Below are positions 23,975-37,711 of a stretch of DNA of 64,000 nt, in pieces. The first letter of the stretch is position 1. Each line of letters starts with the position of its first letter. The notes beneath the pieces are model-generated. The model was not told the origin of the DNA and did not search any database. It was given only the letters and a program-made list of their open reading frames with translations. This DNA comes from Phaeosaccion multiseriatum. Its lineage: Eukaryota > Protista > Ochrophyta, other classes. The stretch lies in contig OZ218959.1 of assembly GCA_965112735.1 (NCBI GenBank), forward strand, positions 1,922,001 through 1,986,000. The letters run 5' to 3'. The translations under genes and the position numbers were made by a program.

Positions 23975-25151
23975 GAGGAGGAGGAGGAGGAGGAGGAGGA
24001 GGAGGAGGAGGAGGAGGAGGAGGAGGAGGAGGAGGAGGAGGAGGAGGAGGAGGAGGAGGAGGAGGAGGAGGAGGAGGAGGAGGAGGAGGAGGAGGAGGAG
24101 GAGGAGGAGGAGGAGGAGGAGGAGGAGGAGGAGGAGGAGGAGGAGGAGGAGGAGGAGGAGGAGGAGGAGGAGGAGGAGGAGGAGGAGGAGGAGGAGGAGG
24201 AGGAGGAGGAGGAGGAGGAGGAGGAGGAGGAGGAGAAGGAGGAGGAGGAGGAGGAGGAGGAGGAGGAGGAGGAGGAGGAGGAGGAGGAGGAGGAGGAGGA
24301 GGAGGAGGAGGAGGAGGAGGAGGAGGAGGAGGAGGAGGAGGAGGAGGAGGAGGAGGAGGAGGAGGAGGAGGAGGAGGAGGAGGAGGAGGAGGAGGAGGAG
24401 GAGGAGGGAGAGAAGGGAGAGAGGGAGGGGGAGGAGGATGAGAAGGAGAAGGAGGAGGCGAGAGAGGCGGTTAGAAGAGGGATTGCGGTGAGATGACGAG
24501 TTCAGCTCTTTTTTTTTCAATCTGCTTCTGGAGGGGGATTCGACACACACAGAGAGTGGAGGTGAGGTGCTTCGCGCTGACGCATTATCTGAGGCAATCA
24601 CTTTCACTCACAGGGCGCTTCTTGTTCTTGTTCTTGCCCTTGCCCTTGCTCTTCTGTCCCTTCGCGTGCTCGCCTTCGCCTCCATCTCCGTCGATGTTGC
24701 CGTTGCCGTCCCCCTCCTCCTCCTTCTCGTCGTCTTCGTCGTCATCACCTTCACGGGCAATCGCCCCCAGATTGGCCAGAAATGTTTGCTGAAGAGAACT
24801 CAAAAACTCGGCCACTTCGGGCCTGTACACCACAAGCAGAGAGCCAGAGATGAGAGGGTACCTGTCGGAGGGAGGGAGGGAGGGAGGGAGAGCAAGGAGA
24901 GAGGGACAGAGAGAGGGAGAGGCAGGAAGGGGGAAGACCAAGAAGGGACACGGAGATACAGATGCGACAAGACGGGGCGGATTAGACAGGAACATCTGTC
25001 ATTCGACAGTGACGTACGTCATTCGAAAGGGATATTGTAGGCAAACGAAGTCCACTGTCGTCAGTCCGCACTGCGTCTCGCTTGTTGGCCCCCGCCCCCC
25101 CCGCCACCACCTTCCTCGCCGGGTCCTCCACTCTGCCTGTCTCCTCAATTG

Positions 25152-25219
<68 letters not shown>

Positions 25220-28038
25220 TGTGTGTGTGTATGTGTGTGTGTGTGTGTGTGCGTTCCTCCACACCTAGACGCTACTCACTCACCGCACACGGTCTGTCTT
25301 TGCGATGTCGAAGGATGAATACAATCGATGCAGACCAGCAAGAGGCCCCTCTCCTCCTTCCTCCTCCTTCCCCGCGCCATCGCCTTCCCCTCCCCCTCCC
25401 CCTCCACCCCCCCCCCCTCTTCCTCCTCCTCCTCCTCCTCTTGCATTGTCGCCACCATCTCTGTCAAGTCCCCCAACCCTCAGCCCCCCTCCTTCCTCCG
25501 GCGTGAGCAACAGACCCGCCGCTATGCGAATAAACTGTTTCCTGGAGAGGCGAAGAGGGTCCGGATTCTCGCTCGCTGTCCTCCGCATTGCCTCATGGAG
25601 ACTCTCGATAGCCCGGGTCGCAGGCTGACGGTTTCGCGGCTGATCGAGAAGCCACACCAGCCTGGAAACCTCCCGCCAGTGCATCTCGTAACGGAGTAGG
25701 TACGCCTTTTCATTGGCTGCCCTCATTGCCCCGACCTCGCTGCTCCTTTCCCCACCCCCATTAGTCCTTTCCCCTCCTCCGCCTCCGCCAGACCCCACCC
25801 CCGCTTTCCGCTGCCTGTGCCCCTGCCCTTGCCCATATGCCTTGCCTTGCCCCTGCCCTTGCTTCTGTAGCTCATTCGCCTTGCGTCCCCCCTGGGGTAA
25901 GTTAGTACCGCTCCCGCCAAAAGCCCCTGTGTTGCGCATCCCCGTGAGGACTTGCCTGCTCAACACCAGCGTCGCAGAGCCGCCTCCCTTCACTGACATA
26001 GAAGAGACCGATCGACTCTTTGGACCGAGGCGGCGTTTCCGAGCTGGCGTTAGGACCATGGCGTCTCGGTAGGGGTTGCGTGGACCTGAAGACATGCCCA
26101 GGTGGGCTGCTTGCTCGTCGCTATACCATTGCACCGTCTCCGAGGGTGGAGGAGGGTGGTGATGATGGCGATGATGACCATGGTGGGAGTGACGGAGGGG
26201 GTCGGGGGGAGGGGCATGCTCATCACCATCGCCATCAACATCACCATCACCATCACCAGCAAAGGCGGCCGTAGATGAGCCAGTCGCAGCCAAAGTGGTC
26301 TCGGGCATTGCCATGGTCTGCTCCAGACCCCCCCTGGGTGTTGATCGAAGGCGCTGACTCCGTCTGCCTGCCAAGCCTCCTTCTCCTCCTTCTCCTCCTT
26401 CTCCTCCTTCTCCTCCTTCTCCTCCTTCTCCTCCTTCTCCTCTTTCTCCTCCCCCCCCTCTCCCGCCTCCTGTGGTTGCTTGAAGTAAGAATTTGGCGTG
26501 CCTCTCCGCGCTTGCTCGCCGTGTGAGAACCTTTGCACAATTGCAGTAACAACAACAACAGCAGCAGCAGTAGCAGCAGTAGCAGCAGTAGTAGCAGTAG
26601 CAGCAGCAGCAGCAGCAGCAGCAGCAGTTGGTGGTACAGCAGCAGCAGCAGTAGCAGCAGCAGTTGGTGGTACAGCAGCAGGAGTCGTGGAGAGTGCGTA
26701 AAGAAAAGGTGTGCCGTTGGTCAGCTTCAAGCACAGCCACAGAAATCCAAGTCCCCTCCATCCAGCTATATTACCAACACCTCCATCCATGCTGCTTGTG
26801 CCGACAAGGTGGACGATGAAGGGAAAGGGAACGGGGAAGCGAAAGGGGAAGGCGAAGTCGAACGAAGACAACGGGGAAGGGAAAGCGAAAGGGGAAGGGG
26901 AAGGGACAGGGTTCAAGGGAGGAGATGGTAGGAAACGCCACTTACCGCCTGCTCGTACTGGTGCTGTGCCTTGAGGTCGCGATTGAGTGTGGCGGAGGCC
27001 CTCCACGTGTTGCCGGCGAGGGGCCTGCCTGTCGAGGACAAGGTGGTGTCTGCAGCCGGCGTGTGAGAGGAACATGGTAGGTACGGGTGGTGGGAGTGGT
27101 GGGGAGAGGATCGAGGTGGAGGGCGGCGGGGGGGGGGGAAGAAGGGGCCACACAGACAAGCGGTTAGGGGGAAACGGGGGGAGGGAGGGGAGGGAGGGAA
27201 GAACCGGTACCATGAACCATGCTCTTGTCTACTCTTTCTTTCTTTCTCTCCCCCTCCGACTTGCTCCGGTCCCTCTCCCCCTCTCTCCCTTTCCCTCTCT
27301 CTCATTCACCTGCCCCCAACATAGTGGTTATGGTACCACCACCCCCTCTCTGGACCCAATGCACCCCCCCTGGAAGAGACGTGTCCTCCCAGACAGGCTC
27401 TGGCGCCCCTCCCCCGAAGGAGTGGGTGCGCCTCAGCGAGGCCTCCGTAGGTTGCCTCAGCCTAGAGCGTGCGTCCATTGCCATCGACCCTCCTCCTCCT
27501 CCTCCTCCTCCTCCTCCTCCTTCTCTTCCTCCTTCCCCTGGAGCCGGAGGGGTGACCGCAGTCCTTCCCTCCCGAGCATACTTGTCAATTCGGAGGGAAG
27601 AGAGCGCTGCAGTGTTTGTCGCCCTCTCTACACGCGCACGCGCACGCACGCACGCACGCACGCATGCAGGCCACACAAGCAGAAGCAAGAGTAGCAAAGT
27701 AGCAATTGGTGATACAGCAGCAAGCCGGGGAGGGGGGGAGGAAGGTGGGTGTGATTGTTGCGATACACGGCAACACACCGTAGAGAGGACTTTGACATGT
27801 TGAGAGGCCACTGCTATCTCCCCCCTTCCCCGCCCTTCTCTTCCATTGCCATCCCTCGACTTACTCATGTCCACAAAGACGTGGCTCGACGCCATACTGT
27901 CGCCGCAGCTCGAGCTGGTCATGTCGCCACCGGCAAGGCTGCCAGTGTCGATACCCATCGTATGTCCGCCCCAGCTTCCCACACTGACGCTGCCGCTGGT
28001 ACTGAGAGTCCTTTCTAGGACACGCCTCTGCTCCTCCA

Positions 28039-28072
<34 letters not shown>

Positions 28073-29588
28073 GTGGTGGTGCCCCATAGTGCCGTCGGAC
28101 ACCGTGCTTTGTAGAGGGCCGTGGCTCCACGTATCTCCCTCTTCTCCTCCAACCGCCACTGCTGTTTCTGCTACTCCGCCCGACAGGCTCCTGCTTCCGT
28201 GGTGTGATCTACTAGCCCCCAGGCTATCGTTGTCCCAGGCTGTCCAGGAATTCTCTTCCTCTTCCGCCGCCTCCCGCTGCTGCTGCTGCTGCTGCTGCTG
28301 CCGCTGACTCGTTCGACTCGAACCTCCTCCTCCTCCTCTCCCCGTGAATCGAAACGTATCCGTGGCACATGGGTTGGGTACGGCTGCTGTGATGGCTCCC
28401 TGGTGCAGGGAGCCAGCGGGCAGGGGGAGGGCACCGCAAGTGTCGAGGCGTTTGGCGTACTCCAAAGGGTTGGAGCTGCTCCACACAGCGCCAGGACCTC
28501 CCACACCCCCGCCTCTGAAGCCTTTATTGAGAGAGAAGAAGGAGAGAGGGAGAAGGAAGAGGGAGAGAGAGAAGAGGGGGAGAGAGAAGAAGGAGAGAGG
28601 GAGAGAGGGAGAGAGAAGAAGGAGAGAGGGAGAGAGGGAGAGAGAGGAAGTGGGAGAATCAGCCATCAGTATATAGGTGCAACAACTCCAAGAGATCTCT
28701 CCAAGAAAACGACGATGCACAGCAAGGGGTGGGCAGAACACTGGCACGACAAGAAGGAAGCGCTCTATATACCAGCCCCCGTCCACGTCATCCCGTCATC
28801 CCGCTCTCCACCCCCCCCCCCCCGGCTCACTCATACCACGGCTCAAACCTGGCTTTTGGGATGCCCTCAACCGCTGCTCGCGCTGCTGCTGCACAGCCCT
28901 GACCCTTCTTGCTTTGTAGGTGCGTGGACTCTCAAACTCGTCTTCGCCATTGACTCTCCCTCTGCACCTGCGTCCAGAGGCTTCGAAAGCTGTCCCCCTT
29001 GCTGCTGCCGCTGCTGCTGCTGCGACTGCTGCTGTTGTCGCCCCCTCCCCCCTCCCACGTCTCCTCGCTCGAGCTGTGTCCTTAAATTGCTTGCGTATGT
29101 CGCGATCTAGGGTGCCTGTGTTGTATAGGATGGCCAGTCTGCCAACGAAGGCGCACACACCCGAGCGACATACGCATCGACACACAGGAAAACGTGTACA
29201 GTAAGTGAATGGAGAAGGGAGGGGATAAACAAAGGGATGTGGAGAGATTTCAGGGGACGGAAGATAACCCTTCAGCGCAAATCTGTACCTCTCTGTGTTG
29301 GCTTTGTCCAGCTTCTTGGCGTGTGCTGTAGCGGGGTCCACTTGGCGGTGGCGGCTGAAGGCGGCCGCGTTTCCCGTGGCATCGCGGAGCACTTTATTGA
29401 CGTAATCGTCAGTACGCCCCAAGTTTCGTTCTCGGCCCCGACGAGGCGCCCTCGCCACCAGGGCCAATAGCGTGCCTGGTCGGGTGTGACAGATGATCAA
29501 AGACCAGATGCGGTGTGAATGATTATGCATGCAAGCAATAGAGCGGCGGTGTGAAGACATCAGAGCAAATCACACCTGGATACGCCAT
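21778..29588 (-). CDS. Multi-exon protein with EF-hand-like region; 3' end uncertain
   Basis: ATG at 29588, MAYP-G spliced in phase to TLLALVARAP; exon peptides LHRLYSSFDIAKTDR, CFYLFEGSTGSKQVEADDVRAIF and SYTRESFIERF. Confidence 0.5.
23870..24410. repeat. (GGA)n microsatellite, ~540 bp, probably intronic
   Basis: Direct reading of the sequence. Confidence 0.95.
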
Positions 29589-29756
29589 GGTTTTGGACGA
29601 TTGTCACTCCCCCCTAAACAACCTCATTGTTACTTTCCTTCAGCACGCCAACCCATTTCCCCAGGCCCATGAAACTGAAATTGAAGAGTAACCGTCGCCG
29701 CCGGACAAAAAAATCAGGCCCTCCCTCCCTCTTCAGAAAGAGTTAGACCTACCAAG

Positions 29757-32700
29757 ATGGGACAGCCTGAGCAGCAGCTCGCCCTCCCGGAGATCGCAGG
29801 AAGCAGCCGAAATAGACCCATTGCAAATGCGCCTGTTGAAGATGCCCCGCGGGGAGGCAAAATGGGGACCCACAGTTCGAGGTCAGGCTCCTCCTCCATC
29901 GCGACTAATTCGACGTCAAGGAGCAGCCACGCCACGGCTACGAAGAAGGCACCAAAAGGGGGCAAAGGAGACGATAATAATGACGACGACGATGATGATA
30001 ATGATGATGATACTAATGATGAGGACGACGACGAGAGTGGAGACGACATTTCGGAAAGCGAGGATGAAGGGAGGGGGAAGAGGAGGAAGAAGAAACGCAA
30101 GGATGGCAAGCTCGGAAAGTAAGCCCACCACAAAGAGCGTACTTTAGTTCATGCAGCTCGACTCATTGTCTTCCTCAATACTAACCCCTCTCTCCCTCTC
30201 TGCAGAACATCCATCTTCGGCACGATAAAGAACGCGTTCCTGGACTTCAAGAGTAAGCAAGAAGGCTACGGCCCGCCGTACAACGCTGACTACGGAGGGG
30301 ACCTTCCCCATGAGGTTTGTCGTAAAAATGAGCAGCAACGTGGGTGGTGGTAGGAGGGTAGGAGAAGTAGTGGAGGATTGATGCTACACTAATAGTTTTA
30401 CTTGGGCCTGTCTTGCCACCGAGGCGTGCTCAATACATAATTCCCCCAACCCCCACCCCCCCTCTCTCCCCCCGCCCGCCTTCCCTCTCCACAACTCAGT
30501 GCCGCAACATGTCCCCCAACATCTCCACTATCAACGAGCTTCTCTGTGCGGGTGCGAACCCCAACCTCGGAAACCCCAAGGACCAAGCCACCACCCCGAT
30601 TCACTACGCTGCCCGTTTCGGTCAGGTCGACGTGTTGCGTATGCTCCAGAGAGCGGGGGCGAGAGTCAATACTCAGAACTACCTAGGCATCACACCCCTC
30701 TCGTACGGTACGATATCCATGAAAATGACACACACACAAAAACCACTTGAGACGCACAAACACACACACACACATACACATACACACACATACACACATG
30801 CACACTTTCCGAGATACTTATGGTGCTTCCCTGCTGCTTGTTTGTAACAAAGCTATACATAAACGGGAGAGTGTTAGAGCTATAGGAGCGGTATCAGTCT
30901 CCTCCTTTCGGACTCGTGTGTGAGCTATACTAAGCCCTGCTGCCTTTCTCTTCTCATCAAAAACACAATACATAAAAACACACACACACATATCGCGACC
31001 TAATGCCAAACAAATACGCCACACACAGCGTGCATGTTCCGCCTTGACGTGTCCGGCACCGGAGGCAAAATCAAGGAGGATGAAGTCCTCGACGGAGAAA
31101 AGCCTGACGAGGTGGAGATCAAGAGCACTAACGTATGGGCCGATCGGCAGGATGAGTGCATCAAGTGGCTCTTAGATCAAGGCGCCAATTACGAGGCCGT
31201 CGACAAGGGTGAGTGGGTAGCCGAGGGGAGGGCACAGAAGGGGAGGGACGTACGCTTCGGACCGTTTTGCAAATGCCACCGCCAATGCCGATATGCCTGC
31301 CAATGCCAAGCAATGGCTCTCCCTCCCTCCCTCCCTCCCTCCTTTTATCCTACAGGAGGCTACACGCCGCTGGCCTGGGCCTGTCGATCCTCAAACCTCC
31401 TTGCGGTGAAGGCCTTACTTGACGCCGGAGCCGACGTTATGCAGAGACGGCCAAAGCTTTTTGGGGGGGCCACGTGAGTTTCAGTTTCAGTTTATTAGTT
31501 CATCGACCCCGACCAACCTTGAGAACCGATCTCGATGCGCTCACAGAGCTCCCACAACCGTTCCCTTCATCCAACAGTGTGACCTTTCGCCTCCCCGTTT
31601 CTCCTGAATAATGATACTCATGCTACCCTGCATTCCCCCCCCACCCCCTTCCCTCCCTCCCTCCCTCCCTCCCTTCCTCCCTCCCTCCCTCCCTCCCCCC
31701 CCCCCTTCCCCTCCCCCTCTCCCCTTCCCCCTTCCCCGCCCCTCCCACACCTCCCCTCCCCTCCCATTCCCTCCCCTTCCCTCCACTCCCCTCCCGGCCG
31801 CTCCCCTCCCCCCTTCCATCCTCCCCACCTCTCTCTCTCAGTGTGGAGCTTCCCAAGGTGGATGTGCTTGCCGTGACCATGGATGACGTTATCTACGCTC
31901 TCGTGCAGGGAAAGATCAACACCATTCTCCATAAAGAGGATAGGGCGGCAAGAAGAGAGGCCAAGCGGCTCCGGAGACAGCAGAGGCTGGAGAGGCTCCA
32001 GGTCCGTGCGATTGGGGGGGTCACAAAGTGGGTCACAAAGTGGGTCACAAAGTGGGTAACAAAGTGGGCCACAAAGTGGGTAACAAAGTGGGTTACTGAG
32101 TGAGGAACTGGGTGGGTCACTGAATGGGTCGCTGAATGGGTCACTGAAACGGACATCTTGTCTCTTGCCCCCCCAAACAGAACAATATCGACAATCGTAT
32201 GAAGAAGCGGGCCTTCGCTGTGCATCTCAAGGAGGAGGAGAAGAAGGAGAAGAAGCTTGCCATTGAGAAGATCCGCCTCGACAAGGCTGCCGTGGCGCGG
32301 AGGGCGCGCTATCGCATGATGCAGAACATGGTAGGCAGATTTGGCGTCACTTGATGCTGTGGCTGAGCTGAAGCGTCTTTCCTGTGTACGGCTCGGTGTG
32401 CGGTGTTTGTGTGTCTCTGTGTGTGTGTTTGTGTGTTTTCTCTCTCCGTGTGTGTGTGTGTGTGCGTGTGTGTGTGTATGTGTGTGTGTGTATGTGTGTG
32501 TGTATGTGTGTGTGTGTGTGTGTGTGTGGTTATGTGGGCGTGTGGGTGTGTGCGTGCGTTCGACCAAAGCCGATGGTCCGTGAAGATTCTCTTACCCCCA
32601 ACCCCCCTTGAGGTTGACAAACAAATGACGAGCCTCCTTCCCTTCACCATTCCTGCGTCGTCTTTGACAGAATGTCCGAGGAGTATGGAGACGGCAGGAA

Positions 32701-33840
32701 GAACAAGAAGAGACAGCAGCAGCAACAGATGCCAGCAGTATCGAAGGGGCTCCCGACCCCGGGAATAGTGGAGAAGGAGGAGGAGGAGGAGGAGGAGGAG
32801 GAGGAGGAGGAGGAGGAGGAGGAGGAGGAGGAGGAGGAGGAGGAGGAGGAGGAGGAGGAGGAGGAGGAGGAGGAGGAGGAGGAGGAGGAGGAGGAGGAGG
32901 AGGAGGAGGAGGAGGAGGAGGAGGAGGAGGAGGAGGAGGAGGAGGAGGAGGAGGAGGAGGAGGAGGAGGAGGAGGAGGAGGAGGAGGAGGAGGAGGAGGA
33001 GGAGGAGGAGGAGGAGGAGGAGGAGGAGGAGGAGGAGGAGGAGGAGGAGGAGGAGGAGGAGGAGGAGAGAGGAGGAGGAGGAGGAGAAGTGGCCACACCC
33101 CGCGACCGAAGTGGGTTTACAAGACGGACATGGTGCAGGGGGAGGTGCATCACTTCACCGTCATGGAGGAGGCACGCATCATCAAGGCCGGCCTACAAGG
33201 TGCGTCCCTTCGGCTCTCTTAGGGGCTGTCACTTTGCGTTGGCTTTCCTTACCTTACTCTGCCTTATCTTCCCCGACCTTACCTTATCTTACCTTAACTT
33301 ACCTGACCTTATCTTATCTTACGCCGCCTTACCTTTCATCCTTTCCTTATCTTACTTTACCTTTATCTTATCATATCTTGCCTGATCTGGCCTTGCCCTG
33401 CCTTGCTTTGCCTTGCATTTCTATCTATCCTGTGCGCCTTTGTACTCACCTCATGAATGTCAATGCCGATGTCAACAACGCCCTTCCCTTTCCTCTCCTT
33501 ACCTTTGAGACTTGAATTGTCGGTGGTGCTTTCAACAAGCACACTTTCCTCAAACTCACCACAAAAGCTTCGTTTGCCTCTGCCCCCCCCCACTTGCCTT
33601 GCCCCCTATATGCCCTCTATCCCAGACAACACCGCCGCAGATGCCATGGCAAGTCGCTTCAAAGAGATAACGGGCGGGAGAAAGCTTCTCACCAAGGAGC
33701 AGGTCGCCCTCGTGGGCAGGCCTCTCGAGCGCAAGCGACGCGCCAAGCAGCGGAGGGAGGAGGAGGGGCTTCCTTCGGACGAGTCGGACAGCGAGGGGAG
33801 CAGCAATGAGGGCGACGACGGTCTCGGGGGCATACTTTGA
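29757..33840 (+). CDS. Ankyrin-repeat protein, about 9 exons
   Basis: [54 protein letters not shown]|[28 protein letters not shown]; in-phase junctions through 32181-32330, 32671-33199 and 33627-33840. Confidence 0.8.
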
Positions 33841-34073
33841 TTCCAATCCCATCCAATGCAACGCAATCCATCTACTTACACACCGGGTTGGGTGGGTGGG
33901 TGGGTGGGTGGGTGGGTGCGTGTCGCAGTTTTCAGTTTATGTCACCTTATCAATGTATGAACACCATAAATGGCGTCGATGTCGTGGGTGGGTGGGGGGA
34001 TTGACATTCATTCATGGGGGCATTTCATTTTGCGTTTGGATGTGTAGGTAGTATTGCACGTTCAGAGAAACAT

Positions 34074-35535
34074 TTAATTCGTTCCTCGTGTGGTGTTAGC
34101 TCTTACAGAAGGGTACCGCCGCCCCCCCTCTGCCCTACCCGCCTTGCCACGCTGCTGCGGCTGCTGCTGCTGCTGCTGCTGTATCAACAACTCCTGTGGA
34201 TGATGCGGTCTTCCCACCACCACGGGCTGTGCTTGCGAGAAGTGTGAGATAGCCATGGCTTGGTCCAGTGCCTCTTCTACTGCTGCTGCTGTACCACCAA
34301 CTGCTGTGCATGCGCCGCCCATGCCCTCCTCCTCCTGCCTCTGCCAGTACCGCCCTTGCTCGTGGACTGACCGAATGATCTCCTTCTTCACCAGGGTTGT
34401 AGCAAAACAAGTCGCCCGCTCAGCGCCCAGGCCATCCACCAGGGCCTTTCCTTGCATGTTGACATCTCCCGTGAGAATAGTCACAGATGTCATTGGCAAG
34501 GCGTTGTCCTCCGCCAGAGCTCTCGCACTGGCCACAATCTCCTGCACATACACACATGAAGCAACGAATCACCAACACATGCATGAATAAAGGAAGGAAG
34601 GAAGGAAGCAAGGAAGGACGGAAGGCAGGCAGGAAGGCAGGAAACCAGGAAGGAGGGAAGGCAGGAAGGAAGGAAGGAATGAATGAAAGAAGGAAGGAAG
34701 GAATGAAGGAAGGACGGAAGGAAGGGAGGAAGGCAGGAAGGGAGGCAGGAAGGAAGGAAGGAAGGAAGGCAGGCAGGAAGGAAGAAGGAAGGAAGGAATG
34801 GATAAATGAATGAATGAATGAATGAATGAATGAATGAATGAATGAATGAATGAATGAATGAATGAATGAAGGAGGACGGGAAAGAGTGTTCGAGCGAGCG
34901 AATGGAGGACAGAATGTGACAGGATGCACACTGCACACTTCAGTGTGGATCCCCTTTTAAGCATGCGATAATGATGCCGCTATAATTTGCTCAGGCAGCC
35001 AGGAACACCCCCCCACCACCCCCTTCTCTCTCTCTTGTCTCTTTCTGTCTGTCTCTCTGCCTGTCTAAATCTCTCTCTCCCTCTCCCTCTCTCTCCCTGT
35101 ATGTATGCCTCAACCACTTGCTGTGCTCCCTCTCCGTCTTTCCCCGCCTCGCCCCCCTCTCCCTCCCTCCCTCCCTCCCTCCCCTCCCCTCCCCTCCTGC
35201 CATGTAACCCACTAATGACTCACGTCGTCAGTGGAGGCTCCGTTCCATCCGGCGAACCTTCTCTTGGTGTCCTCATGCTCCGCCCTCGACTGTGACACCA
35301 GCCATCTGTGACTTTGTGGTGTCTTCACACCTCCCCCCTTGCCCTTGTCTCCGTAGGCTGGTCCCGCCTGGCACCATTCGTGTGATTGATCAATGAAAGG
35401 GTATGAGCACGACAGGAGCATGACAACACAATCATCATCACCACCACCACCACCACCAACACCATCATCATCACCACCACCACCACCACCAACACCAACA
35501 TCAACAACAACAACAATAACAACAACAACAACAAC

Positions 35536-35600
<65 letters not shown>

Positions 35601-36574
35601 GCAACGACAACAACAAGAACAACGTTGGGTGGGAAGCTCCCCCCCCGACTGACGGCACACGGGTGGGCAGGGTGTGTGCAGCGCGACGTGATTGCATTCG
35701 CGACGCGCACTCACTCACTCACCTTAGTCTGCTCCAGGAGCGACTCCGTAAGCCAGCGAATGGCACTCCTGGCCTCAAAGGCCTTCCTACTGTCGCAATC
35801 GCTCTTCAAGCCGTCCAGCTCTCTCCACAGCACCCACGGCACAAAGCAGCGGAGCTTCGGATCATGGCACGCGGGGCCACCCACACCAATCACACTGTTG
35901 CTGATGGTGTTGGGATGATTTGCCTCCGGCGGGCCGAAGCGGCGCTGAAGCCACTGTACGGCGTCGAGCTCGGACATCAACGTGTTTGTGTCTAGGCACA
36001 CCCACCGCTCCTCGGGCTGCTCGTTCGTCGTCGCGCTAGAGGCACCACCGCCTGACGAAGTGGCGGTACCAACTCTCTGCTCAGCTCTGGGTGGCGGTGT
36101 TGTTTCCGTGCTCTTCGCTACTCCGCCTGTGCTGCTGTTGCCTCCTTTCACTCCTTTCCCTTTGGACTTTCCCCGCTTGCCGTCCTTGAAAGAGAAGGAG
36201 ATTTTACTAGAAGGTCCAAAGGCACATTCCGATTGCTGCTTATTCTCAATGTCTGAGAAGGAGGGCGCTCTACTTCCCCTCTCCTTCTCCACTACTACTT
36301 CTTTCCATTTGCTTCGTTTGGCCTCTAATTCCGCCTCCTCCTTTTGACGCCGACGAGCCAAGCGCTCTTGCCTCGACACACTCTTCTTCGCTGCCACTGC
36401 TGCCGTTGCTGCTGCTTTGACCTCTTGCACCTCCCCTCTCTCTCCCTCTACCGCATTCACATCCTTTGCTGTCTCTCTTCCCTCCGCCTTAGCCTCCTCC
36501 CCATCGCGGAGGCTGAGCTTTGCGATCTCATTGAAGAACCCCAGCAAGTCCTCGTCTTCCTGTGCTCCTACCAT
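34074..36574 (-). CDS. PIN-domain (SWT1-like, PIN_4) ribonuclease; exons ~36574-35723, 35367-35224, 34541-34074
   Basis: WVCLDTNTLM, FVPWVLWRELDGLK, ARSAIRWL, STDD|EI and ILTGDVNMQGKA give the full PIN acidic motif set. Confidence 0.85.
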
Positions 36575-36875
36575 GCCCAGCTAAGCGAGCAGAGAAGAAG
36601 AGAGGAAGAAAGGAAAGGAAGGGAGGGGAACAAGGTACGCGTGGTGGTTCTCCATTATTCGGGTTTTCTGTGAGATCGGCGCCGAGCCGCTCGATCGCTG
36701 AGCTCCATATTTTGTTTGTTGCTTGTGCTTGCTTTTGCTCGCTCGCCAGCGCGTTCACTGTTCACTGTTCATTATTTACTTTTTTGCTTTCTTGCCTTGT
36801 TTGTGCATGTTCTGATTTTTCCCTGTTCTCTTTGTACAACCGAACAAGCCCCCCCTCCCCCCCACTCTCTCCCCC

Positions 36876-37650
36876 TCACTCGCGCAAACCTTGCTGCAAC
36901 ATGCGACACACCCTCTCGAGCTGGTGCCGATCGTCCGTACCCTCAACGAGCCGCGTGCACAGTAGCCTCATCTCCTCCATCGACATTTCCTCCAGCAGAG
37001 GGGCCGCCTGGGCCTCAACCTGCTGCTGTTGCTGTTGCTGCTGCTGGTTGCTCTCTCCGTTTCTGCCAGCTCCTCCTACTCCTCCTCCTCCTCCTCCTCC
37101 TCCGCCTCCGCCGCCGCCTTCTCCTCCTCCCACAACTACTCGGGCACCTTCCTGCTGCTCCTGCTGCTGTTCCTTTGCGCTCTCAGCCCTTTCTTGTCCT
37201 CCCCCTCCTCCTCCTCCTTCTCCCAGCTCTACTGCTGTATCACCAACTGCTGCTGGTGCTCCCACCACCACCTCTTCCGAAGGGCACCACATCTTCTCCG
37301 TATATGCTACCACGTGCCGCCAATGACTCGCCCCGAAGGCAGCGCCCAGAAGGGACGGAGGAGGGGGTGGAGAGGACGACGACGACGACGACGAGGAGGG
37401 GGGCGATGATGGTGCTGCTGTATCACCAACTTCTGATGCTGACTCATCGCTTGCTGAGGCGCCCCCCCCCCTGAGCGCAGGAGCACAAGCCAACACGCGA
37501 TCGTACGTCGTGTCAAACAAATGTTGAACCTGCAGCAACAGTTGGTGATACAGCAGCAGGGAGGAGGAGGTTAAGCGAGACATACCGAACAAACACAGAG
37601 CCGCATGTGAACATCAGACAGAGGAGATAAAGGTCTCTGCTGCTGCTATG

Positions 37651-37711
<61 letters not shown>

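Noticed and set aside
23627-24607. Poly-Leu/Arg/Gly ORFs
   Set aside because: (GGA)n microsatellite that reads as a pyrimidine tract in an intron of the minus-strand gene.
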